Below, one piece after another: positions 1 through 10,056 of a stretch of 64,000 bases of DNA. Position numbers and translations under genes: made by a program. The first letter of the stretch is position 1; every line of letters starts with the position of its first letter. Source of the stretch: Natronospirales bacterium (GTDB lineage Bacteria; Pseudomonadota; Gammaproteobacteria; Natronospirales; REEB76). The notes under the pieces were generated by a model, which did not search any database, was not told the origin of the DNA, and worked only from the letters and a program-made list of their open reading frames with translations. The DNA lies in the NCBI GenBank assembly GCA_021816765.1, contig JAKAXB010000001.1:19665-83664 (forward strand), read 5' to 3'.

Positions 1-1211
1 GGCGGGATGCGGGCAACTGGACCTACGACCTGAGCTCCAGCCAGATCGCGCCGTTGACCGGCCTCACCAACCGCGGCTACACCGACCAGGAACAGCTCGA
101 CAACGTGGCGCTGGTGGACCTGAACGGGCGGGTGTATGACCCGACCATCGGGAGGTTCATTTCCGCCGATCCCACGGTGCCGGACCCGCTCTACAGCCAG
201 GCGTTCAACCGCTACAGCTACGTGTACAACAGTCCGCTGGAATACACCGATCCGAGTGGGTTTTGCCCCAAACACATGTTGTGTGAATGGCTACCGATGG
301 GGCCAAATGGGTCTTACCAAGATTACATAGTCGGTGCGTTGGGTGGTAACGGGAACTATACACTTACCAATCCTGGCAGCAGCGAGACCGCCCAGCTTGG
401 CGCGATGGTGGTCGGCGGCGGCAACACGGTATCCCCCACCCAGATAGCGCCGCCAAGTGCGCCGGCCCCCGCCCCACCCATCTCGGCCGGTGGCAGCCCG
501 GTGCGAGGCGGACAGATTGCGCTGTTGCCTCCCCCCAGTGGGTTTGGCTTAAACCAGGGTGGCAACAATGGCGTGCTGGGGGCGATCAACAGCACCGATG
601 GCGCGACCCAGTTTGATGGGACGTGTTTCGGCTGCGGCGGGTTGTTTGGGAATTGGATTCATACCCCCTTGAGCGCGGATGGGTCGGGCGGGGGCAGCTC
701 GGACGTCCGGATCCAGGCCGCCACCCAGAGCGGGTCGCCGGGAGTCGGCGGCGCACCCATCCGCCTAGTACCGCAAATTCTGGGAACGTTGGGGGAACCC
801 ACACCGGTTTGTGGTCCCTGCAGTCCCTATCGTTACACGCAATCAGGGGAAAGTTTCTTGCGCTACGAATCGAATAATCCAGCATTTAGCAAAGTAACCC
901 CGGATGGTGGTTTGTTGCCTGACACTTATGCGGCACCAAGTAGCGACGGATTGCTGCCACAGTCTTTGCTAAATGCACAATATAAATTACCCTCACCGGA
1001 GATTCCAAGAACCAACGTTTATGAAATTACCCCACCCGCAGGCACGCCGATTATTGGCCCGAGTCCGGTGGCGGGTGGGTTAGGAAATGAAGTAGTTTTC
1101 CCGTTCGGCGCCCCGCCTGGCAGCGTCGGGCCGGTCATGGAGACGCCTGTTGATCCGCTTGTGGTCGAACCGGTCTTTGTTGAACCGCCCATTATTATTC
1201 CACCCCCATGA
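1..1211 (+). CDS. Rhs/YD-repeat polymorphic toxin, C-terminal part (5' end lies outside the window)
   Basis: Frame open from base 3. Rhs core motifs RGYTDQE, GRVYDPTIGRFISADP and NRYSYVYNSPLEYTDPSG, followed by a variable C-terminal tip. Confidence 0.9.
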   Translation, partial: RDAGNWTYDLSSSQIAPLTGLTNRGYTDQEQLDNVALVDLNGRVYDPTIGRFISADPTVPDPLYSQAFNRYSYVYNSPLEYTDPSGFCPKHMLCEWLPMGPNGSYQDYIVGALGGNGNYTLTNPGSSETAQLGAMVVGGGNTVSPTQIAPPSAPAPAPPISAGGSPVRGGQIALLPPPSGFGLNQGGNNGVLGAINSTDGATQFDGTCFGCGGLFGNWIHTPLSADGSGGGSSDVRIQAATQSGSPGVGGAPIRLVPQILGTLGEPTPVCGPCSPYRYTQSGESFLRYESNNPAFSKVTPDGGLLPDTYAAPSSDGLLPQSLLNAQYKLPSPEIPRTNVYEITPPAGTPIIGPSPVAGGLGNEVVFPFGAPPGSVGPVMETPVDPLVVEPVFVEPPIIIPPP

Positions 1212-1222
1212 GGTGAGTGCAT

Positions 1223-1444
1223 ATGCTACATCTAAGCGACAAGTGGGGCCCTGTTCTAGTATCTCAACCGGAAAGTGGGATGGGGTATTGGATTACTTCG
1301 GTTTTTCTGCGCGATGGCCGGAGAATTGATAATGTTACGATTGTGGGGGGTATAGTCACAGAGGTTGATGGAATGAAAGAAATACCCTTTACAGAGGACG
1401 AGATCGTTGACATAAAAGTAATGAACACTCCCCGGCGTCACTGA
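1223..1444 (+). CDS. Putative immunity protein for the Rhs tip
   Basis: Small low-GC ORF directly after the toxin stop. RBS-like GAGGTGA at 1210-1216; contains PESGMGY. Confidence 0.7.
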   Translation: MLHLSDKWGPVLVSQPESGMGYWITSVFLRDGRRIDNVTIVGGIVTEVDGMKEIPFTEDEIVDIKVMNTPRRH

Positions 1445-1458
1445 TCGCAAGCCATTAA

Positions 1459-2619
1459 TCGTTTGTCTACACCGACGGCAACAACGTGAGCACGGTGCTG
1501 GCTTTTGACCAAGCGACCGGCGCGCCGGTCGGCATCAGCAGCGGCATCGGCCAATCCTCTGCGGTGCAGAGCCTGGTGTACACCTGGGACGGCTACGGCA
1601 ACCTCACGGAACGCCAGGACGCGAACCAGAACCTGAGCGAGACGTTCCAGTATGATGACCTCAACCGGCTGACGCACTCCACCGTGACCAACCCGAATAA
1701 CAATGGCCCGTCCCTGAGCCTCGGTTACGACGCGATGGGCAACATCCAGGCCAACTCGAACCTGGGAACGTATGCGTACACGCCCAACCACCCGGAGGCG
1801 GTGGCGAGCGTGACCGACAGTGCCGGGTCGGTGGTCTACAGCGCGAGCTACGACGCGGACGACCCTTGGAAGTCCCAGACGTGGGATGGCGACATGACCA
1901 CGCGCAACGGTTTCCCCCTCACCTGGACGGTGGATAATTTACCCGCGAGTCTCGCCTCGGCCACGGGGTCGAGCACGTTCGACTACGGCCCGGGGGGCAA
2001 CCGCTATCAGCAGGTGGCGACCGAGGGCGGCAACAGCACCACCACGACTTACATTGACGGGCTGCTGGAGGTGCGCTACGACAGCGGCAGCAGTGAGACC
2101 GTGTACCGCAACTACATTGAGGCGGGGGTGGAGACGATGGCGGCGAACGGGTCGGGCACCCTCACCGCCGACACTCTGGGGTTCTTTGTGCACGACGAGG
2201 TGGGCAGCGTGATTGCCACGGTGACGGAGAACCTGGGCGGGGCCAACCAGGCGATGAGCCTCACGAGCTACGGCGCCTGGGGCAAGGCGCGGCCGACGCT
2301 CACCGCCGGGGGCGAGACCGCGTACGCCAGTCTTGGCCCCGGGAATTATCTCACCGGCACGCCGGTGGGCCAGCAGGAGGGCTACGCCGGGCACGAGGAC
2401 CTGGAGGGGATCGGTCTGGTGGAGATGGAGGGGCGGGTGTATGACCCGGAGGTGGGACGGTTCCTGTCTCCCGATCCCAACGTGCAGTATCCGGAATCGA
2501 GCCAGGGCTACGACCGCTACAGTTACGTGAACGATAACCCCATGAGTCTCAGCGATCCAAGCGGGTATTTCAGTACCGACGCCGCCTCTGCAAGAACCGC
2601 GGCTCGACCTTCCACATGA
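1459..2619 (+). pseudogene. Orphan Rhs core fragment, truncated just after the DPSG motif
   Basis: YD repeats (YTWDGYGNL, FQYDDLNRL, YDAMGNI) and core GRVYDPEVGRFLSPDP...DPSG. No good start; stops about 17 aa after DPSG. Confidence 0.8.
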
Positions 2620-2765
2620 CCACAACGCCCAATCCCGCACAACATCAAGCGCTGCAGCTACTGCAAGCGATCACCGTGTAGCCACACACTCGACACCGCG
2701 AAATCCTTCAACTCCATGAATCTAACGAGAAATCCCCCTCGCTTCGACCAAGAACTCCCGGCTAG
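2577..2765 (+). mobile_element. IS1634-family transposase C-terminal remnant and right end
   Basis: An alternative frame reads ...STFHMTTTPNPAQHQALQLLQAITV* (stop 2679-2681), resembling IS1634 C-termini as I recall them. Segment ends GAACTCCCGG-CTAG. Confidence 0.55.
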
Positions 2766-2950
2766 TGTCTCTCTCGGGGGTGGTGGAAACCCCTCGCCTT
2801 CAGGCGAAGCAAGGTGGGCGAAATGGGCGAAGCCCATGAGCCTTGATCTTGAATCTGTAACGGAGTTGCTAAGCACGGCATTTTGGTTTTCAGTCGCCTT
2901 CGAGGTGACGGATCCATCAACCCCTCGCCTTACAGGCGAGGGTTGTTGAG
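2766..2950 (-). mobile_element. Non-autonomous IS200/IS605-type mini-element (two subterminal hairpins, no ORF)
   Basis: AACCCCTCGCCTT(A)CAGGCGA occurs twice, at ~2788 and ~2919. Minus strand begins CTCAACAACCCTCGCCTGTAAGGCGAGGGG and ends ...GAAGGCGAGGGGTTTCC... Confidence 0.5.
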
Positions 2951-2951
2951 T

Positions 2952-4031
2952 TTATGTGAAAGGATCAACCAGCGTTTCACAACGGGCGTGAGCCTGCATT
3001 AGCCCAGTGAGCTGCGTGATCACATCCTCCACCTGAATCAGGTCCATCGCGGAAGGATCACGCACCCGCGTGCCCCAGCGCACCGTGTCCGGGTCCCGGC
3101 CGCTGAACTTCTGCAGGGCTTCGGCATGGCGGTTCACACACCAGCGACGGCTCAAGTAGGGCGCAGCGCGCTCGGGATTGGTGCTGGCGTACAGACCGAT
3201 CACCGGGGTGCCGACGGCGGTGGCCATGTGGGCGGGGCCGGAGTCCGGCGAGATCAGTACCGCGGCGCGCTGCAACAAGGCCAGCAGCTGTTTGAGGCTG
3301 GTCTTGCCGATCCGGTTGTCTGGTTTGTGATGCATCCCCGCCTCGATGCGCGCTGCGTATTCCCGCTCCCCCGCGCTCGGTCCGCCGGTCAGCAGCACCC
3401 GCATTCCCAGGGTTTGTATCGCGTAGTCCGCCACCGCGGCATAGCGCTCCGTGCGCCAGTTGCGAAAATTGCGGAAACGGGCGTTGGCACAGGGACTGAT
3501 AATCAGCGCCGGTACCGTGTCGGGGATGTGCTCACGGGCGAATGCCGCGGCTTCCGCCGGAATGGGGATGTCCCAGCGCAGTACGCGCGCCGTGACGCCG
3601 CAGGCTTCCGCAAAACCGAACAGGCTGTCCATCACATGCTGGTGCGGCTGGTAGGGAATGCGCCGGTTGGTGAACAGCCACTGGTAATCGTGAGCCCGCA
3701 CCCGATCGAAACCGAGTTTTACCGGAGCCCGCACGGCGAAAACGCTCGCCAGGCTGGCACGCAGGGACATTTGCATGTGCAGTAATAAATCGAAACGCCG
3801 ACCGCGCAGGGTACGGCGCAGTTCGCGATAGGCGCGCAAGCCTTTCGCCTTGTCGAAGATGATAAACTCAATGCCGGGGATGTCCCCCACCAGACCCGCT
3901 TCCAGCCGTCCGATGATCCAGGTGAGGCGCGTCCCGGGCCAGGCAGCCTGGAGCGTGCGCACCACCGGCAGGGTATGGCATACGTCGCCCACCGCCGACA
4001 GGCGCAGAATGCAGACGCGGGCGGGTGACAT
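2952..4031 (-). CDS. Glycosyltransferase family 9 (LPS heptosyltransferase-like)
   Basis: LRLSAVGDVCH and SPDSGPAHMATAVGTPVIGLY motifs. Confidence 0.9.
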   Translation of the reverse strand: MSPARVCILRLSAVGDVCHTLPVVRTLQAAWPGTRLTWIIGRLEAGLVGDIPGIEFIIFDKAKGLRAYRELRRTLRGRRFDLLLHMQMSLRASLASVFAVRAPVKLGFDRVRAHDYQWLFTNRRIPYQPHQHVMDSLFGFAEACGVTARVLRWDIPIPAEAAAFAREHIPDTVPALIISPCANARFRNFRNWRTERYAAVADYAIQTLGMRVLLTGGPSAGEREYAARIEAGMHHKPDNRIGKTSLKQLLALLQRAAVLISPDSGPAHMATAVGTPVIGLYASTNPERAAPYLSRRWCVNRHAEALQKFSGRDPDTVRWGTRVRDPSAMDLIQVEDVITQLTGLMQAHARCETLVDPFT

Positions 4032-4048
4032 CGTATGGGACATGGCTG

Positions 4049-4762
4049 ATGACGACGCAGATTCTCACCACGAAGCGGCGGCTCATCCTATACGATGACA
4101 CGCTGACAAGCCACGCGAGCCGGGAGCTGTTCACGGTGCGTCACTGGGCCCGCCACGGGCCGTTGCGGGGCGCCGGCGGCGGACGCGGTAACACCTGGAT
4201 TGTGGCCGGTGAACGCGATGAATGGGTGTTGCGCCATTATCACCGCGGCGGTCTGGCGGCGTACTTCAGCAAGGATCATTATCTGTGGACAGGCAGGGAA
4301 CGCACCCGGCCGTGGCGTGAATGGCAACTGCTTGCCCTCCTATATAAGGAGGGCCTGCCGGTACCCCAGCCGGTGGCGGCGCAGGTGGTGCGCCTGGGCC
4401 CTTGGTACCGGGGCGATCTCATCACCCGCCGCATTTCTGACAGCCGTTCGCTGGCCGCCTGCCTGCGGAACACCCGCATCGAACTCATCCCGTGGCGCGC
4501 CATCGGCACCTGCATCCGCCGCTTCCACGATGCCGGTGTCTATCACGCCGACCTCAACGCCCACAATATCCTCATCAACACCCGCAATGAGATTTTTGTG
4601 ATTGATTTTGACCGCAGCGAGCGCCGTACCCCCCGCGTGCTCTGGCAGGAAGCCAACCTCGGGCGGCTGCTGCGCTCGATGAGGAAGCTCTCAACCCCCG
4701 GTCTTGCCGAGGGACATGCCTGGTCAGCATTGCGGGAGGGATACAACGGCAAGCCCGGCTGA
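4049..4762 (+). CDS. kdkA: 3-deoxy-D-manno-octulosonic acid kinase
   Basis: GGRG, VLRHYHRGG, YHADLNAHNIL and IDFDR motifs; LPS gene context. Confidence 0.9.
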   Translation: MTTQILTTKRRLILYDDTLTSHASRELFTVRHWARHGPLRGAGGGRGNTWIVAGERDEWVLRHYHRGGLAAYFSKDHYLWTGRERTRPWREWQLLALLYKEGLPVPQPVAAQVVRLGPWYRGDLITRRISDSRSLAACLRNTRIELIPWRAIGTCIRRFHDAGVYHADLNAHNILINTRNEIFVIDFDRSERRTPRVLWQEANLGRLLRSMRKLSTPGLAEGHAWSALREGYNGKPG

Positions 4763-4763
4763 T

Positions 4764-5645
4764 TCAATCCCGCGGTACGACCTTGAAACGGTCGTGGCTC
4801 CAGAGATACTGTTCCGGCGCGCGGCGGATCTGCTTCTCAAGCAGCCGGTTGACGCGCAGCGCGTCGGCGACGGTATCCCCGCCAGGGAAATCGGTGAGCA
4901 TGGGATCGAGCGTCAGTTTGTAGCCCCGCGTGCCGGGCAGCCGCTCCACGAAGAACGGCACCACCGGCGCGCCGCTCGCGCGCGCCAGACGTGAAAGCGC
5001 GGTGTTGGTGGGCGCGGGAATGCCGAAGAAGGGAATCATCTCGCTGTGCCTGCCGCGATAGCCCTGGTCGGGTGCATACCACACCGGCTTGCCTTCCTTC
5101 AGGCTCTTGAGCATCAGGCGCACATCCTGGCGCGGAATGGCACGGTCGAAGTGGCGCTCACGGCTGCGACGCATCACCGATTCGATCAATGCGTTCTGGC
5201 TTGGCCGGTACATCAGATGGAAATCCGTGTACAAGCCGAGCAGCCGGCCGCCGATTTCCAGCGTGGTGAAATGGCCCGCCACCAGGATCACCCCCCGGTC
5301 CAGGGCGCGCGCCGCCTGGAGATTTTCCAGCCCCTCGATCTGCACCAGCCTGCGCAGGCGTTCAGCCTTGCCCCACCAGCACAGGCCGATTTCCAGGAAC
5401 GCGATCCCCAGCGATTCAAAATGTTTTTTTGCCAACGCCAGGTTTGCGGGGCCGTCCAGTTCCGGGAAGCAGCGCTGCAGATTCATGACGGTGATGCGCC
5501 AGCGGCGTTTGGCGGGACGCAACAGGCGGCCCAGGCCCCGGCCAAGGGCGAGCTGCCATGCGTACGGGAGCAGGACAGCCATCCGGATGAAACCCAGCAG
5601 CAGCCAGATGTTCCAGTAGCGGGGCTTCAGGAAACGGTATCGCAT
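4764..5645 (-). CDS. lpxL: Lipid A lauroyl acyltransferase (LpxL/LpxP family)
   Basis: GHFTTLE, YAPDQ and PEQYLWSHDRFK motifs. Confidence 0.88.
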   Translation of the reverse strand: MRYRFLKPRYWNIWLLLGFIRMAVLLPYAWQLALGRGLGRLLRPAKRRWRITVMNLQRCFPELDGPANLALAKKHFESLGIAFLEIGLCWWGKAERLRRLVQIEGLENLQAARALDRGVILVAGHFTTLEIGGRLLGLYTDFHLMYRPSQNALIESVMRRSRERHFDRAIPRQDVRLMLKSLKEGKPVWYAPDQGYRGRHSEMIPFFGIPAPTNTALSRLARASGAPVVPFFVERLPGTRGYKLTLDPMLTDFPGGDTVADALRVNRLLEKQIRRAPEQYLWSHDRFKVVPRD

Positions 5646-5767
5646 GCAGGCCGCCGTTATGTCGCGTGGAGGCAGTGTAGCGGTCGTGATGCATCCGGTA
5701 CAGGCGCCCGGCCCCCTTCGGGCCCGTGTTATGATGCGGCGCGTTTCCCAGGGTTGTTGGGGCTTCC

Positions 5768-7189
5768 ATGAACATCCGCATTCCGCAGTTCGACGGCGTG
5801 CGCGTGCTGGTGGCGGGCGACGTGATGCTGGACCGCTACTGGTTCGGCGCCACCGGCCGCATTTCCCCCGAGGCGCCGGTGCCCGTGGTGCACGTACGTG
5901 ATACCGAAGAACGTCCCGGCGGCGCCGGCAACGTGGCGGTGAACCTGGCCAGTCTGGGCGTGCATTGTACGGTCATCGGCATCACCGGCGATGACGCCAT
6001 CGCGGACGCGCTGGCGGCATCCATGGAAAAGCGCGGGGTGCGCTGTCAGTTCGTCCGCCTCAAGCACGCCTCCACCATTACCAAGCTGCGGGTGCTGTCG
6101 CGTCATCAGCAGTTGATTCGCCTCGATTTTGAAGAAACCTTCGGCAGCTTCACCAGCGCTCCGCTGCTGCCGGTATTCAAGCGGGAACTGGCGGGCAGCG
6201 ACGTGGTGATCCTCTCCGACTACGGCAAGGGCAGCTTGAGTGCGGTGCATGAACTGATCGCCGCCGCGCGCGCCGCCGGCAAGCCGGTGCTGGTGGATCC
6301 CAAGGGGCGCGACTTCGGCAAATATAAAGGTGTCACGGCTGTCACGCCCAATCTGGCGGAGCTGGAAGCGGTGACGGGTGAGTGTCCGGACGAAGCCAGC
6401 CTTGTGCAGAAGGGCGGGAAGCTGCGTGACGAACTGGGCTTGAAAGCGTTGCTGGTGACGCGCAGCGAACACGGTATGACGCTGCTGGAATCCGGCCGGC
6501 CGCCGCTGCACCTGCCGACCCAGGCGCTGGAAGTTTCCGATGTCACCGGCGCCGGCGACACCGTGATCGCGCTGCTGGGTGCGGGTCTCGGCGCCGGTCT
6601 GGCGTTTGCGGATGCGGCGGCCCTCGCCAATCTTGCCGCCGGCCTGGTGGTGGCGAAGCTCGGCTCCGCCACGGTCACACCGGTGGAACTCAGACTTGCG
6701 GCCCACAGCCGCAGCGGCGGCGGCGTGCTCACCGAAACAGCGGTCATGGACGCGGTAACACATGCCCGCAGCCAGGGTGAGCGTATCGTTATGACCAACG
6801 GCGTCTTCGATATCCTGCACGCCGGGCATGTGAGCTATCTCAGGGAGGCGCGTACGCTCGGCGACCGGCTGATTGTGGCGGTGAACGATGATGCCTCGGT
6901 ACGGCGCCTGAAAGGCACGGGCCGGCCCATCAATACCGTGGAGAACCGCATGCAGGTGCTCGCCGCGCTTTCCTGTGTGGACTGGGTGGTGGCATTCCCG
7001 GAAGATACGCCGGAACGACTCATCTGCAAACTGCTGCCGGATATCCTGGTGAAAGGCGGTGATTACAAGCCGCAGGACGTGGCGGGTTACCAATGTGTAA
7101 CCAAGAGCGGCGGCGAGGTGCGCATCCTGCAATACGTCGCGGGATTGTCCACTACGGCCATGATCAACGCCATGCGTAAATCCCACTGA
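5768..7189 (+). CDS. hldE: Bifunctional heptose-7-phosphate kinase / heptose-1-phosphate adenylyltransferase
   Basis: GDVMLDRY...[37 protein letters not shown]. Confidence 0.97.
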   Translation: MNIRIPQFDGVRVLVAGDVMLDRYWFGATGRISPEAPVPVVHVRDTEERPGGAGNVAVNLASLGVHCTVIGITGDDAIADALAASMEKRGVRCQFVRLKHASTITKLRVLSRHQQLIRLDFEETFGSFTSAPLLPVFKRELAGSDVVILSDYGKGSLSAVHELIAAARAAGKPVLVDPKGRDFGKYKGVTAVTPNLAELEAVTGECPDEASLVQKGGKLRDELGLKALLVTRSEHGMTLLESGRPPLHLPTQALEVSDVTGAGDTVIALLGAGLGAGLAFADAAALANLAAGLVVAKLGSATVTPVELRLAAHSRSGGGVLTETAVMDAVTHARSQGERIVMTNGVFDILHAGHVSYLREARTLGDRLIVAVNDDASVRRLKGTGRPINTVENRMQVLAALSCVDWVVAFPEDTPERLICKLLPDILVKGGDYKPQDVAGYQCVTKSGGEVRILQYVAGLSTTAMINAMRKSH

Positions 7190-7195
7190 GGTTCC

Positions 7196-8482
7196 GTGCG
7201 CTTCCTGTACTCCCTGGTTTTGTTGCTGCTCCTGCCGTTTGCCCTGAGCTGGCTCATGTGGCGCACGTTGCGACAGACCGGTCATGCCGACAGACTCGGC
7301 GAACGTTTCGGCAGCTCACCGTATCTTGCGCGCAATGAAATCATCTGGGTACACGGTGCCTCGGTGGGGGAGATTCGCGCCGCCGCGCCGTTGGTGAAGG
7401 GGTTGCACCAGCAATTTCCACAGCATCCGCTGCTGGTCACCAGCTTCACCGGTACGGGACGCGCGCAGGCACAGGCGTTGTTCGGTGAACGCGTGCTGGT
7501 GGCACAACTGCCTTACGATCTGCCATTTTTTGTGAATCGCTGGCTCAAGTGCGTAAGTCCGGTCATCGGCATTGTCATGGAAACGGAGATCTGGCCGAAC
7601 CTGTTTTCCGCCTGTACCCGCCGCCACATACCACTGTTGATGGTGAGTGCACGTCTGTCGGAACGGGCGCTCAGCCGCTACCGGCGTTTCCGCGTGCTGG
7701 TGCGTAACGCGCTCACTCAAGTGACGATGATCGCCGCCCAGACCGAAGGCGATGCGGAATATTTCCGGCGTCTGGGGGCGCCACCGGAGCGCCTGGAGAT
7801 CAGCGGCAATCTCAAATTCGATGTGCAGTTCCCGGAAGACATCCTGGCCCAGGGTCGCGCCCTGCGCGAACGCCTGTTTGGCCGCGTCACCGTGGTGGTG
7901 GCAGGCAGCACCCGCGAGGGTGAGGAAAGCATGGTGTTGCAGGCATTCCGCACCCTGCTGGTGAAGCACCCCGCCTGCGCGCTGGTACTGGCACCGCGCC
8001 ATCCGCAGCGCACCACGGCGGTGGCCGAGCTGATCAAAAGCGCCGGATATTCCTGTTTCCGGCGCAGCGCCGGTGAGGCCCGGCTGCAGGCTGGTGACGT
8101 GCTGCTGCTGGACACTCTCGGCGAACTGGCGTGCTTTTATGCGGCGGGCGACCTGGCTTTCGTGGGCGGCAGTCTGGTGCCCGTGGGCGGACACAATCTT
8201 CTGGAACCGGCGGCCCTGAGCCTGCCGGTGTTGACCGGACCGCATCTCACCAATGTGCGTGACATCGCCGAGTTGCTCAAGGACGCGGGTGGACTCATTG
8301 TGGTAAAAGACGCCGAAGGCCTGGGCGAAGCATTCATCTGGCTGGTGGGCAATCGCGTCACGCGCGAGCACATCGGTCAGGCGGCGCAGCAGACCGTGGT
8401 GGCGAATCGCGGTGCGCTCACGCGCACGCTGTTGCTGGTGGAAAAACACATCGCCCGCTCAAGAGCGGGCGATGTGAGGTAG
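7196..8482 (+). CDS. waaA: Kdo transferase
   Basis: WVHGASVGE, ETEIWPN, GNLKFD, APRHPQR, GGHNLLEPA. Confidence 0.96.
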   Translation: MRFLYSLVLLLLLPFALSWLMWRTLRQTGHADRLGERFGSSPYLARNEIIWVHGASVGEIRAAAPLVKGLHQQFPQHPLLVTSFTGTGRAQAQALFGERVLVAQLPYDLPFFVNRWLKCVSPVIGIVMETEIWPNLFSACTRRHIPLLMVSARLSERALSRYRRFRVLVRNALTQVTMIAAQTEGDAEYFRRLGAPPERLEISGNLKFDVQFPEDILAQGRALRERLFGRVTVVVAGSTREGEESMVLQAFRTLLVKHPACALVLAPRHPQRTTAVAELIKSAGYSCFRRSAGEARLQAGDVLLLDTLGELACFYAAGDLAFVGGSLVPVGGHNLLEPAALSLPVLTGPHLTNVRDIAELLKDAGGLIVVKDAEGLGEAFIWLVGNRVTREHIGQAAQQTVVANRGALTRTLLLVEKHIARSRAGDVR

Positions 8483-8502
8483 GAGCGCTCCGTAAAGTCG
8501 CG

Positions 8503-9918
8503 TCAGCCGCCCGGCGGATACTGCGTTGTCAGATGAGTCGCCGGCGCGGGCACCAGCAGCAGCGCGTTGATCTGCTTCACATCCTGTGGGCCGAGAATGC
8601 CGGCCGCGGCTTTGAGCTGCAGCACGCTGGTCAGATAAGTATCTCGGCTCTGGGCGAAATTCGTCTGCGCCGTGACCAAATTCTGGCGCGCCAGCAGCAC
8701 GTCCACAATGGTGCGGGTTCCCACCCGCATGCCGGTTTCCATGCCCCGCAGCGAGGTTTCATTGGATTTTACCGATTGCCGCAGCGCTTCCACCTGGGAG
8801 ATGCCGGTGAGCACGCCCAGATAGGCGGTGCGCGCCTGCTGCTCGGTCTGGCGGGTCACCAGTTGCACCTGGTCCTGGGCCGCGTCGTACTGCCGTTCCG
8901 CTTGCGTCACTTGCGCACTCACGCCGCCGCCGGAGAAGATCGGCACGGATAATTGCAGCGCGAGGCTGGTGCCGTTGGTGTCGCTGAGTTCACTGAACTG
9001 CGAGCCTAGCGCACTGAAGTCGTTGTTGTTCTGGTTCTTGGTGTGCTGCAGCGTAAGGTCCAGTGTCGGGTAGTGACCGGCGCGCTTGATGGACACGAGA
9101 CTGGCCGCCACGGCTGCCGCTGCCTGGGCCGCCATGAGGTTCGGATTCTGTTTCAGCGCCGTGGCCACCCATTGCGGAGCATGGTCCGGATCAGGAGCGC
9201 GCAGCGGCATATTGGCGAGCGGCTGCTGCAGTTCGCCCACCGGCTGGCCGGTGATGGCGCGCAGCGATTCCTCGGCGTTGATCACCTGCTGCTGGGCGGC
9301 GATCTCGGTGGCCACCGACTGGTCATAGGCCGCCTTGGCGTTCTGCACGTCGGTAATGGCGCTCATGCCCACCTGATATTTCACTTGGGTCTGTTCCAGC
9401 TGTTTGGCGTTGGCTTCTGTGGCGGCGTGATCGGCCGCCAGGGTATCGCGTGCGGTGATCACGTTGAAATAAGCTGTGGCGGTGCGCACGATCAGGTCCT
9501 GCTGGGCGGCCACATATTGGGCTTGCGCCTGGGCCACGGAGGCATCCGCCTGCTTGATGGTTTCCCAGGCGGCCCAGTTGAAGATGGGCTGGGTGAGCTG
9601 AATACTGTAGGCCGTGGAATAGTTGTTGGAATCATAATTGCCCTGGATGGGGCCGTTGGGACCGAAGCCGAAGGGTTCGGAACCGTTTGAGCGCTGGATA
9701 TTGCGGCTCGCATTCAGTCCCACGTTCGGCAGATAGCCCGCCCGGGCGATGGGCTTGTTCTCCAGCGCCGCCTCGTAGTTGGCCTGAGCCTGGGCGAAGG
9801 TGGGGTCATTCTTGAGGGCCAGCTGATAGACACTCCACAAATCGGCGCTGTAGGCGGGTGCCGCGGCCACGAGGCCCGCCACGGCGAGTACGAGAAGAAA
9901 AGTACGCATGGTATTCAC
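8503..9918 (-). CDS. tolC: TolC family outer membrane channel
   Basis: Signal peptide, ADLWSVYQLALKNDP, VGTRTIVDVL; conserved pcm-rhodanese-tolC-waaA context. Confidence 0.92.
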   Translation of the reverse strand: MNTMRTFLLVLAVAGLVAAAPAYSADLWSVYQLALKNDPTFAQAQANYEAALENKPIARAGYLPNVGLNASRNIQRSNGSEPFGFGPNGPIQGNYDSNNYSTAYSIQLTQPIFNWAAWETIKQADASVAQAQAQYVAAQQDLIVRTATAYFNVITARDTLAADHAATEANAKQLEQTQVKYQVGMSAITDVQNAKAAYDQSVATEIAAQQQVINAEESLRAITGQPVGELQQPLANMPLRAPDPDHAPQWVATALKQNPNLMAAQAAAAVAASLVSIKRAGHYPTLDLTLQHTKNQNNNDFSALGSQFSELSDTNGTSLALQLSVPIFSGGGVSAQVTQAERQYDAAQDQVQLVTRQTEQQARTAYLGVLTGISQVEALRQSVKSNETSLRGMETGMRVGTRTIVDVLLARQNLVTAQTNFAQSRDTYLTSVLQLKAAAGILGPQDVKQINALLLVPAPATHLTTQYPPGG

Positions 9919-10056
9919 CGGGGCTCCTGTTTCTTTCAGGTGTATTAGTTAAATATAACACTATAACATTTGAGAGATGGGTGCAAGCGCTGCAAAAAGG
10001 CGCAAGTCCATATGAGTTTGATCCACGCGTACTACACGCGTATCGCGACCAGGGCT

